Source: an archaeon
GTDB lineage: Archaea > Iainarchaeota > Iainarchaeia > Iainarchaeales > CSSED10-239
NCBI GenBank assembly: GCA_035387745.1
Contig: DAOOON010000002.1
Span: 5,109-37,108, forward strand
Length of the DNA: 32,000 nt
Direction of reading: 5' to 3'
Shown here: positions 24,590 to 32,000 of the stretch, piece by piece
Numbering within the stretch: the stretch's first letter is position 1
Layout of the letters: the number at the start of each line of letters is the position of its first letter
Notes under the pieces: generated by a model
The model's input: the letters and a program-made list of their open reading frames with translations, nothing else
The model's database searches: none
Told to the model about the DNA's origin: nothing
Program-made: the position numbers and the translations under genes

Positions 24590-25560
24590 TCTTCCTCTTC
24601 TTTAAATATTTTATTGAACAAATATACTATTGCTGCAAATATTAAAAAAACTATTGATAGGCCAGTATAAACGAAAGAAGAAAATGCTAATGCAAAGAAA
24701 AATGCAAAATTGCTTTCTATAAAACCCATAAATGGAATTGCCTTTATTGTGTCTATGATTTTGACTTTAATAACTGGCGCATCAAGATCTGGCATTAGTT
24801 CTTTTATTTCTGCAGTTGTTTTATTTGCTGCTGCAGAGGTTTTTAGATTTTCCATAAAATCAGTAAAATCAGAAGAAGTTTCATCTGTTTTTATTCTTAA
24901 TTCCAAATATTCTCTAGATTCCATAATATATTTTAAATTAGACAAAGTGCACTGCTGGTTTATTATATATGAGGTGCTAATCCAGGGGTCAATATTATCT
25001 GCAATAAATAGATTTACAAGACCTGCTTCGAATTCTTCTACTTTTTTATTTTGCTCTGGAAGAATATATATTGCAGAAGAAATGAATAATCCAATTATTA
25101 AAAATATAGTTAATTTAGATAAATAATCTGTTGTTTGATTAAACAAATTTTTCTCAGATGTTTTTTTAACTATTAAACACAAAATAAGATGTGCTGATAT
25201 ATATAATATTAGAAATAAAATAAAATAAATATTAAGCTTTAAAAATATAACCGAAAAAATAAAAGACAAAAATAAACCGACACCAACAATGATTAAACTT
25301 TCTTTTTTTACAGAATTATATATGATTGATAAAATAATTATGGAAGTTATAGGAAAAAATATCACAAAAAATAGAAAATTTAGAGAAAATATAGAATTAA
25401 GTATTGTCGCTATATCAAATACCCTGAAAGCATAAGCCGTTAACTTAGAAGAAATCAAAAAATAAATCCAAAAAAATGAAGAGAACGTAACAATTAATAA
25501 TTTTATTAGATGTTTAGAATTAAATTCCATTGCACCTTTTTTATTTATCATAAATTCCAC
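24586..25560 (-). CDS. Polytopic membrane protein, unknown function
   Basis: 324 aa. The start is uncertain (GTG at 25560 or ATG at 25551). About five N-terminal TM helices, a soluble segment of about 110 aa, then C-terminal TM(s). Confidence 0.5.
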   Translation of the reverse strand: MEFMINKKGAMEFNSKHLIKLLIVTFSSFFWIYFLISSKLTAYAFRVFDIATILNSIFSLNFLFFVIFFPITSIIILSIIYNSVKKESLIIVGVGLFLSFIFSVIFLKLNIYFILFLILYISAHLILCLIVKKTSEKNLFNQTTDYLSKLTIFLIIGLFISSAIYILPEQNKKVEEFEAGLVNLFIADNIDPWISTSYIINQQCTLSNLKYIMESREYLELRIKTDETSSDFTDFMENLKTSAAANKTTAEIKELMPDLDAPVIKVKIIDTIKAIPFMGFIESNFAFFFALAFSSFVYTGLSIVFLIFAAIVYLFNKIFKEEEE

Positions 25561-26486
25561 TATTCAATTATTTCATTTATATTTATTAGATCTATCATTT
25601 CTTGATTTTCTTTATCATAAACAAATGTTGTTTCTGCTTGAGAAACATAAGAGCCATTTCTATCAATTAACACAGGATATGCAGATATTGCCTGCGCTTT
25701 TAATAGTTCTCTAAATGCAACTTTCCTATCAAAGCTTGACAGGTTTTTCCCTACCCAAAATTCGGAAAATGCCATACCTTCAAAGCTTTTGATTTCTTCT
25801 AGTATTTTTCTTGCATTTGAGTTTCTTATTGAAACATCTTTTTCAAAAATAAAGATATAGACGTTGCTTCCTTCTGTCACATATCCATTACCAGTACTAG
25901 AGAATGGTTCTATTGCAAACCAAGAATCAATTTCTGATAATTTAATATTAATATTATTTTTTACATTTGGTATTGATGGGTGGTTGTGAGTTGTATATCT
26001 TGTAATGGTGTGGCCAGTTAGATTACTTATTGGCTTATAACCATAACCTTTGATTGTATCTTCTATAATTTCCCCAACTTTTGAAACAGTTACAATTTTA
26101 GGATTTTTAAGAATATAATCTTTTGAATTTAATAACGCTTTATCGCTTGACTCTTTTAATTTTTCATGAATTTTAGAAAAAACAAAAGTTTGAGAAGAAT
26201 CTGTAATATAGCCATCAATTGAAACGCCAACATCAACTTTTAAAACATCTGTTTCTTTAAGAATTACTTGCTCTTCGGGGTTATAAGAATTGTGTGCAGC
26301 CTCTTGGTTTATAGAAAGGTTAACTGGCCAAGCTGGTTTTGCGCCTTTCTCTTTTATGTAATTTTCTATTTCTGCCCCTATCTCTAAAAAAGAAATGCCT
26401 GGTTTAACTATCTTTTTTGCGAATTTTTGTGCGCCATTATTTATAATCCCTGATTTCTTTAAAATGTCGATTTCTGTTTTGTTCAT
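25560..26486 (-). CDS. map: Methionine aminopeptidase, type 2 (archaeal)
   Basis: 308 aa. PGISFLEIGAEIENYI, AWPVNLSINQEAAHN, DVLKVDVGVSIDGYITDSSQT and the inserted helical subdomain typical of MetAP2. Confidence 0.9.
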   Translation of the reverse strand: MNKTEIDILKKSGIINNGAQKFAKKIVKPGISFLEIGAEIENYIKEKGAKPAWPVNLSINQEAAHNSYNPEEQVILKETDVLKVDVGVSIDGYITDSSQTFVFSKIHEKLKESSDKALLNSKDYILKNPKIVTVSKVGEIIEDTIKGYGYKPISNLTGHTITRYTTHNHPSIPNVKNNINIKLSEIDSWFAIEPFSSTGNGYVTEGSNVYIFIFEKDVSIRNSNARKILEEIKSFEGMAFSEFWVGKNLSSFDRKVAFRELLKAQAISAYPVLIDRNGSYVSQAETTFVYDKENQEMIDLININEIIE

Positions 26487-26977
26487 TTTTTTTCTTTTTT
26501 ATTTGTTAAAAAAACTACCGCAATAAAAGCAACAATAAACCCAAAATATATTGGCATATCTGGAATTGGAACATTCTTTTGTGCTTGTTTAATCATAAAC
26601 CAAATTTGGCCAATGTTATTTATTGGATTATCATCATCTTCTAATATTGTTGCTCTAATAAGGTGTTGAGCAGTAGATGCATTCGAATCTGGAATAATAA
26701 TGTTAACAAAAATATTATTGGAATCATTTGCTCCAATGCTTATTGCATTTCCCTCAAAATAATTTCTATCAAAAATCTGGACTGCTTGAGGGGTAAATAC
26801 TTCTATTCTTAAATTTACATCTTGGGTAGTACTAGAGGTGTTAACAACAATAACATTAATATCAAAATTTGTATCTTCAATTACTGCTTTTGGTGCAATT
26901 ATCTCACCTATGTAAAAATCAGCAAAAATTGTGCCAGACATTAGTATTAAAAATGCAAATATAAATATTTTTTTCAT
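26483..26977 (-). CDS. Secreted CARDB-like protein with C-terminal TM plus basic tail
   Basis: 164 aa. Signal peptide, a single beta domain ending ATILEDDDNPINN (a CARDB-style E/D..NN signature), then PIPDMPIYFGFIVAFIAVVFLTNKKEKK. Confidence 0.5.
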   Translation of the reverse strand: MKKIFIFAFLILMSGTIFADFYIGEIIAPKAVIEDTNFDINVIVVNTSSTTQDVNLRIEVFTPQAVQIFDRNYFEGNAISIGANDSNNIFVNIIIPDSNASTAQHLIRATILEDDDNPINNIGQIWFMIKQAQKNVPIPDMPIYFGFIVAFIAVVFLTNKKEKK

Positions 26978-27059
26978 ATCTTTATTCTCCTAAATATAAT
27001 ATAGTAAATATAAAGACAATAAGGTTTATAAAATTAGCTAAAAAAAGAAATAAAGAGAA

Positions 27060-27530
27060 TTAGGCGATTTTTGAATCGTAATTCCCTGCATTTAAATCCT
27101 TTAAGGCTTCTGCTGGAGTCTTGCCATCAATATTAACCCCAAGAGATCTACAGGTTCCAAAAACTTCTCTAATTCCGGCTTTAAAACTTCTTGCACTCAA
27201 TTGACCATACTTTGCTTTTGTTATTTTTAGAATCTTATCAAAAGTAATGTTTCCGGCAATTTCTGTTCCGGCTTTCCCTGAGGCCTTTTTAATATTTAAT
27301 TCTTTTTTTATTAATGCGCTTGTTAATGGTGCACCGACTTCAACAGAATAGCTCTTATCTGAATTAATATGAACTTTAACTGGCACTTGCATGCCTTCTA
27401 ATTCCTTTGTTACTCTGTTTATTTCTTTAACAACTTCCATTGTGTTAACACCTAATGGCCCTAAAGCTGGACCAAGTGGTGGACCTGCACTAGCTTTTCC
27501 TGCGTCTACTAAAACTTTTATTGTTGGCAT
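27060..27530 (-). CDS. rpl11: 50S ribosomal protein L11
   Basis: 156 aa. GKASAGPPLGPALGPLGVN and the remainder match L11. Confidence 0.95.
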   Translation of the reverse strand: MPTIKVLVDAGKASAGPPLGPALGPLGVNTMEVVKEINRVTKELEGMQVPVKVHINSDKSYSVEVGAPLTSALIKKELNIKKASGKAGTEIAGNITFDKILKITKAKYGQLSARSFKAGIREVFGTCRSLGVNIDGKTPAEALKDLNAGNYDSKIA

Positions 27531-27546
27531 ATATTTTTCACATCCT

Positions 27547-27984
27547 TTAATTTAATAATTTAATATTTTCTGCTTTCATTGTTATTGGAACTTTGACTGT
27601 TGCATCAAACAACTCAATAACTACTTCTTCTTTTGCAACATTTACTCTTGTTACTTTTGCTCTTGAACCTTTAAAAGGACCTAAGATAATCTCTACGGTC
27701 TGTCCTGGCTTAATAGAACTCATTAATGGTCTGGATTCTAAGATTCCCGCAATCTCTTTAATATTTATATTGCCTGTAACCATTTGCCCACCCTTAATGT
27801 GAGGGACGTTATGTATTAACAGCTCTACGGTTTTTTCCTCTTGGGCTTCTATCAATATGTAGCCTTTAAGATCAGCCATCTCTACTAGAGAATAGACTGG
27901 AAGTCCTTCTTCTTTAATTCTGTGGTGAAGAATATCTATAACAACTCTTTCTTGACCAACTGTTGTTCTAACTGTAAATATCAT
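27547..27984 (-). CDS. spt5: Transcription elongation factor Spt5 (NusG)
   Basis: 145 aa. NGN domain (FTVRTTVGQER, GYILIEA) and KOW motif PGQTVEIILGPFKGSRAKVTRV. Conserved position between secE and rpl11. Confidence 0.9.
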   Translation of the reverse strand: MIFTVRTTVGQERVVIDILHHRIKEEGLPVYSLVEMADLKGYILIEAQEEKTVELLIHNVPHIKGGQMVTGNINIKEIAGILESRPLMSSIKPGQTVEIILGPFKGSRAKVTRVNVAKEEVVIELFDATVKVPITMKAENIKLLN

Positions 27985-28160
27985 ACTTTTCCGCCTATTA
28001 TATTCATTATTATTCTTACTATAAAACCAATAACTCCAATAACAATCATACCAATACCAACGATCTTTGCCATTGCCCAGTATTCTTTCTTTCCTGGTTT
28101 TTTTGCAATCAATAGAATTCTTTTTGATGATTCAAAAAATTCTTTTATTTTATTTACCAT
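27981..28160 (-). CDS. secE: Preprotein translocase subunit SecE (Sec61gamma)
   Basis: Hand-translated 59-aa ORF absent from the track: MVNKIKEFFESSKRILLIAKKPGKKEYWAMAKIVGIGMIVIGVIGFIVRIIMNIIGGKV. Its stop overlaps the spt5 start (ATGA). This is the canonical ftsZ-secE-spt5-rpl11 position. Confidence 0.7.
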   Translation of the reverse strand: MVNKIKEFFESSKRILLIAKKPGKKEYWAMAKIVGIGMIVIGVIGFIVRIIMNIIGGKV

Positions 28161-28172
28161 CTTTTATCACAT

Positions 28173-29288
28173 TTATACGCTTTCAATATTTAGTTCTAAT
28201 TTTTCTTTTTTCTTTCCTATGTTTGTTCCAACAATGTCACTTAAGTAAGGAATATCTGCGCCTGCAATTACTGCCATAACTTTTATTGAGTTTCTTGGCA
28301 TGTCCTCATCAACCATGGCCCCCCAGATAATGTGAGCATCTTGACTAATCTTTGAAGCTACCGTTTCAACTATTAGCTCTGCTTCTTTAAGAGTCATGTC
28401 TTGGCCACCCAAAACATTTACTAGAGCTTTTCTAGCATTACCAATCTCAATATCAAGTAATGGTGAGGTTAGTGCATCTTCTACTGCTTCCATTGCTCTT
28501 GAATCGTTATTATTCTTGTTTATTGAGCTTTCTCCAACACCGATCATTGCTAGACCCCCATTTGAAAGTATGGTTCTTAGATCAGCAAAGTCAAGATTAA
28601 TTATTCCTGCTTTTGTTACTAGTTCAATTATTCCTTTAACTGATTGTGTTAAGATTTTATCCACTTCTTGAAAAGCAATCTGTAATGGTAAGTCTGGTGC
28701 AATTTCTAAAATCTTATCATTTGGAATAATTATTAAAGTATCAACTTCTTTCTTTAATCTTTCAAGACCACCTAGTGCATTTTCAATTCTTTGCTTTCCT
28801 TCAACAGCAAATGGTAAGGTTACAACGCCTATTATTAGTGCGCCTTTTTCTTTTGCAATCCTGGCCACTTCTGGTATTGCGCCTGTTCCTGTTCCTCCGC
28901 CAAGTCCACAAGTAACAAAGACCATGTCTGCGTCTTTTAATACATTCTTTATTTCGTCTTTGGATTCCTCTGCTGCAGCTCTGCCAACTTCTGGGTTTGA
29001 ACCAGCACCAAGGCCTCTTGTAGTTTTCTTTCCTATTAGCATTTTTTTATCTGCTCTAATCTTTAATAATGCTTGAGCATCAGTATTCATGGCTATCATT
29101 ATTGCGCCTTCAATACCTGTCTGATTCATTCTGTCAAGACTATTACCGCCAGAACCGCCAACACCAATAACATAGATGTTTGGAAGAGATGCTTTTAGAA
29201 ATTCCTCTAATTCCTCATCATCACTTCTTTGAACTTTTTCACTATTCTCGTCTTGTGCAACTACGCGGCTGCTTTGCATTCCTGACAA
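28173..29288 (-). CDS. ftsZ: Cell division protein FtsZ
   Basis: 371 aa. GVGGSGGNSLDRM, the tubulin signature GLGGGTGTGAIPEVA, and NLDFADL. A TTG start lies 7 nt after AGGGGGA; an in-frame ATG lies 3 codons downstream. Confidence 0.95.
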   Translation of the reverse strand: MSGMQSSRVVAQDENSEKVQRSDDEELEEFLKASLPNIYVIGVGGSGGNSLDRMNQTGIEGAIMIAMNTDAQALLKIRADKKMLIGKKTTRGLGAGSNPEVGRAAAEESKDEIKNVLKDADMVFVTCGLGGGTGTGAIPEVARIAKEKGALIIGVVTLPFAVEGKQRIENALGGLERLKKEVDTLIIIPNDKILEIAPDLPLQIAFQEVDKILTQSVKGIIELVTKAGIINLDFADLRTILSNGGLAMIGVGESSINKNNNDSRAMEAVEDALTSPLLDIEIGNARKALVNVLGGQDMTLKEAELIVETVASKISQDAHIIWGAMVDEDMPRNSIKVMAVIAGADIPYLSDIVGTNIGKKKEKLELNIESV

Positions 29289-29438
29289 AATTCATTCCCC
29301 CTGGCTTGTTATCTTATCTTTAAACATAAAACATAAATATAATATAAAAAAAGATATTATATTTATAGACTAGAAACCTTTAAATATAAATCTATTTTAG
29401 GTTATATAGAGACAGAAAGCTAAAATTAAGGAATTTTT

Positions 29439-30347
29439 ATGATAGATAAAGACATTTTAAGAATTGGTAAAGACATTAAAGAAATAAAAATACAAGGCGC
29501 AAGTAAGATTGAGCTTGCTGCAGTTAATGGTATTAAAGAACTTATTAATAAAAGCAAATTTGAAGGAAACGACTTTTTAGGAGTCGTTGTAGAAAATATT
29601 AATCATTTGATTTCTCAAAGACCAAATGAACCAAAACTTAGAAACTCTCTTTCTTATATCTGGCAGATGTCAAACAAATATTTCAGTATAAAAGACAGAA
29701 ATTTACTTGTTGATTTGATTGAAAATTATGAGAGAAATATTACGCAAAATAATGAACTGATTTCAGAATATGCTTCTCAGTTGATTGTTAATGGCTCAAC
29801 AATTCTTACACATTGCCATTCTAACTTAGTAGAAAACGCATTTAAGAAGGCCTATGATAGAGGCACAGACTTTGAAGTAATCTGTACTGAGACTAGACCT
29901 AGGTTTCAGGGACGAATTACTGCTAAAGCCCTAAGCGAATATGGAATCAAGACTACGCAGATTGTGGATTCTGCAGTATCAGGGTATCTTAAAAAGATTG
30001 ATTTTTTTATGACTGGTGCTGATGTTATTTTTCAAGACGGTTCTATTATGAACAAAGTTGGAACGCACACAATTAGTATTGTTGCTAAGAATTTTAAGAC
30101 TCCGCACATTGTTCTAACTTCCACTCATTGTGTGGAGACAGATGTTTTTGTTTCTTTAAATGAATCTATAGAAGAAAGAGATATTGATGAGATTTGGAAA
30201 GTTGAAGACGGAAGGCCAAAAGATTTAAAGTTAAGAAATCTTTCTTTTGATATTGTTCCAAACGAATTGATTGATAAATTCATAACAGAAGAAGGTGTTT
30301 TTTCTCCAGAAACTCTTGCACTCTGGGTTAGGAAGAATTTGAAATAA
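29439..30347 (+). CDS. aIF-2B subunit 2 / ribose-1,5-bisphosphate isomerase family protein
   Basis: 302 aa. ILTHCHSN, VICTETRPRFQGR, TGADVIFQDGSIMNKVGT and FD.VPNELIDKFITEEG are typical of the eIF-2B alpha/beta/delta family. Confidence 0.8.
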   Translation: MIDKDILRIGKDIKEIKIQGASKIELAAVNGIKELINKSKFEGNDFLGVVVENINHLISQRPNEPKLRNSLSYIWQMSNKYFSIKDRNLLVDLIENYERNITQNNELISEYASQLIVNGSTILTHCHSNLVENAFKKAYDRGTDFEVICTETRPRFQGRITAKALSEYGIKTTQIVDSAVSGYLKKIDFFMTGADVIFQDGSIMNKVGTHTISIVAKNFKTPHIVLTSTHCVETDVFVSLNESIEERDIDEIWKVEDGRPKDLKLRNLSFDIVPNELIDKFITEEGVFSPETLALWVRKNLK

Positions 30348-30365
30348 AAACCCAAATTATTTAAA

Positions 30366-31196
30366 TTAAACGGAAATTTGATTCTCTATAATTAAATTAT
30401 TGTTTATGCAAGAATAGTCATTTACCTTTATATCTAATGCCTTAACTCGTTTTATAGTTAAATCTAAATATTTCTTATCTAAATCAATACCAATATATCT
30501 GCGATTATACAATTTAGATACAATGCCTGTTGTCCCAGAACCATTAAATGGGTCTAATACTAGATCTCCTTTGTCAGTTGTGGATAAAACAATTCTTTTC
30601 AATAATTCTAATGGTTTTTGGGTGGGGTGTTTACCCGATCTTTTTTCCAGTTGAGGTGTTAGAGGTATCCACCAAACACTTCTCATTTGTTTTCCTGATT
30701 CACTAATCTTATCTTCCCATTTTTTCATAAGTTCATAATTAAATTTGTGTTTAGATCCTTTTTCTTTTCTTGCCCAAATCAAAGTTTCGTGGCTATGAGC
30801 AAAATATCTACAACTTAAATTTGGCGGGGCATTAGGTTTAAACCAAGAAATTTCATTAAGTATTTGATAATCTAATATTTGTAATGCATAACCAACTTGA
30901 TAAATGTTGTGCATTGTTCCGGATATCCAAATACTTCCTGTATCTTTTAAAACTCTTCTACACTCAGATAACCAGTCAAATGTAAATTCAAAATCTTTAA
31001 CAACCCCGTTTGATTTATCCCAATCTGCTTTATTTACTGAAACCATTTTACCGGCTTTACAAGAAACGCCGCCATTTGATAAAAAGTACGGGGGGTCTGC
31101 AAAAATAAGATCTACTGAATTGTCTGGCATTTCTTTTAATATTTTAATACAATCTCCTTGATGAAGATTAAAATCAAGAGAATTATAATAGTTCAT
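30366..31196 (-). CDS. Beta-class N6-adenine DNA methyltransferase, DpnA / M2.MboI-like
   Basis: 276 aa. IFADPPYFLSNGG, VSVNKADWDK, WISGTMHNIY, PNLSCRYFAHSHETLIWARK, GKHPTQKPLELLKRI and LDPFNGSGTTG closely follow my recollection of DpnA. Confidence 0.85.
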   Translation of the reverse strand: MNYYNSLDFNLHQGDCIKILKEMPDNSVDLIFADPPYFLSNGGVSCKAGKMVSVNKADWDKSNGVVKDFEFTFDWLSECRRVLKDTGSIWISGTMHNIYQVGYALQILDYQILNEISWFKPNAPPNLSCRYFAHSHETLIWARKEKGSKHKFNYELMKKWEDKISESGKQMRSVWWIPLTPQLEKRSGKHPTQKPLELLKRIVLSTTDKGDLVLDPFNGSGTTGIVSKLYNRRYIGIDLDKKYLDLTIKRVKALDIKVNDYSCINNNLIIENQISV

Positions 31197-31198
31197 AA

Positions 31199-31228
31199 AG
31201 ATATATACAATTAGTTATTTATATATCT
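31199..31228. promoter_or_regulatory. Perfect 9-bp inverted repeat (AGATATATA-12 nt-TATATATCT) just upstream of the methyltransferase ATG
   Basis: Read directly from the sequence. On the minus strand the distal arm sits about 24-32 nt before the ATG, which is TATA-box spacing for a leaderless transcript. It could also be an operator. Confidence 0.3.
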
Positions 31229-31252
31229 TTTGGGGGTAGTTGTCCAGTGGCA

Positions 31253-31774
31253 TTATGGTTTAGGCAAACCTAAAAATTCCAAGGGTATTTCATTAAAGAA
31301 ATAATAACAATTTACTGATTTTATATAATCTAAAACATCTTTGTATTCTAGTTTTTTGAACCAATCATTTAACAGATAAGTGTATTTAACTTTGATATTT
31401 AATGGTTTAAATAATTTGTTATATTGTTTATTCTTAAAATCGCAAGTCTGTAATTTTTCATCTACAGAACCAGCCACTTCTTGAAATTTAATTTCTATAA
31501 TAAATAGTGTGCGTTCTTTCAATACAAATATAGCATCATCAGGCAATAACTTTTTAGAAATATAATTCAAATAATTTATGCCACTTGGTTCTAAAAAATT
31601 TTTATAAATTTTGTGTTTTTGATAAAAGGTAGCAATCTTTTTACCATTAAAGAAAATATCGTCGTTCTTTATGTCATATCCTTTAATTTGAGTAAATAAT
31701 TGCTTTAACGAAATTCTTTCTTCAAATCTAAGTCCAGTAATGGTTTTCCCTCCACCGACGCCACTTTTTATCAT
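31253..31774 (-). CDS. Putative type II restriction endonuclease, PD-(D/E)xK fold
   Basis: 173 aa. LLPDDAIFV...LFIIEIKFQ gives a PD...(D/E)xK arrangement. The gene is sandwiched between two DNA methyltransferase genes on the same strand. Confidence 0.45.
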   Translation of the reverse strand: MIKSGVGGGKTITGLRFEERISLKQLFTQIKGYDIKNDDIFFNGKKIATFYQKHKIYKNFLEPSGINYLNYISKKLLPDDAIFVLKERTLFIIEIKFQEVAGSVDEKLQTCDFKNKQYNKLFKPLNIKVKYTYLLNDWFKKLEYKDVLDYIKSVNCYYFFNEIPLEFLGLPKP

Positions 31775-31785
31775 ATTATCACCAA

Positions 31786-32000
31786 TTAATAATTTTTTAT
31801 TAGTACTTCCTTAATTTCATTTCTTTTTGTGCCATCACAATTTATCATTCTTTTTGCTAAAACTTCTTTGATTTTATATTTTTTATATTGTTCTTTAATA
31901 AATGGGGTTGGACTATTGCTTTCTAAAACAAAACACCCTTTTTTATCCAATTTATCAAATATATTTTTTAATCTCAATTGATCGGATCTAACAAAGTCAT
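31786..32000 (-). CDS. Dam/DpnM-family N6-adenine DNA methyltransferase, C-terminal part (gene continues beyond window)
   Basis: The frame is open to the window edge (..DFVRSDQLRLKNIFDKL..). CFVLESNSPTPFIKEQYKKYKIKEVLAKRMINCDGTKRNEIKEVLIKNY matches the Dam/DpnM C-terminus (..SNS....ELY.....V.A.R.........R..I.E.IVTNY). Confidence 0.75.
   Translation of the reverse strand, partial: DFVRSDQLRLKNIFDKLDKKGCFVLESNSPTPFIKEQYKKYKIKEVLAKRMINCDGTKRNEIKEVLIKNY

Noticed and set aside
24710-25126. 138-aa plus-strand ORF
   Set aside because: It lies entirely antisense within the 324-aa membrane-protein gene. It has no start context, and long shadow frames are expected in AT-rich DNA.
24586-25560. The 324-aa polytopic membrane protein as the missing FlaJ/PilC/TadC platform for the ATPase
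   Set aside because: Its topology (a cluster of about five N-terminal TMs, one soluble loop, then C-terminal TM) does not match the T2SSF arrangement of a cytoplasmic helical domain followed by TMs. It is also on the opposite strand. I keep it only as something to test by structure prediction.
27922-28279. Two overlapping plus-strand ORFs (108 aa and 70 aa)
   Set aside because: They are low-complexity Phe/Ile/Leu translations antisense to secE and the ftsZ 3' end. The minus-strand SecE reading fits conserved synteny.
1-32000. CRISPR arrays, transposases, integrases, prophage genes, rRNA genes
   Set aside because: I saw no regularly spaced direct repeats, no recombinase-like ORFs and no rRNA-like GC islands. 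The only non-coding GC islands are the three tRNAs and the block upstream of tRNA-Leu.
1-32000. GATC avoidance as a signature of the putative GATC R-M system
   Set aside because: GATC is easy to find by eye (for example 4845-4848, 4857-4860, 30563-30566 and 30637-30640). I did not compute an observed/expected ratio, so no depletion can be claimed.

Overview
AT-rich, very gene-dense archaeal chromosome segment. Hand counts on sampled lines give 20-40% G+C. The informational genes are archaeal-type: rpl15e, rpl35ae, a short Nop5, fibrillarin, RNase HII, GlyRS, the ftsZ-secE-spt5-rpl11 block, an aIF-2B-family protein and MetAP2. Several are short, and they sit among many unannotatable membrane, surface and coiled-coil proteins. 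Together with an anaerobe-type oxidative-stress trio (rubrerythrin, desulfoferrodoxin, Ogg), this suggests a small-genome DPANN-like archaeon, which is inference only. There are three tRNAs: Val-GAC, Thr-CGU and Leu-UAG. I found two Sec translocon genes below the ORF-track size cutoff by hand translation: Sec61beta at 18868-19032 and SecE at 27981-28160. The right edge carries an MboI/DpnII-like module with two methyltransferases and a short PD-(D/E)xK nuclease. I saw no CRISPR array, transposase, integrase or rRNA. The most interesting region is 14.4-23.3 kb. It holds two tightly packed plus-strand operons of unknown surface, pilin-like and coiled-coil genes, ending in a FlaI/PilB-type secretion ATPase with a long Lys-rich N-terminal extension. 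No recognisable platform protein or prepilin peptidase is nearby. Secondary leads are a HerA-like protein with an ablated P-loop, a Nop5 lacking its fibrillarin-binding N-terminal domain, a GC-rich two-hairpin element fused upstream of tRNA-Leu, and a tRNA-Val with a 6-nt T-loop. All family assignments come from motif recognition by eye; no searches were run.
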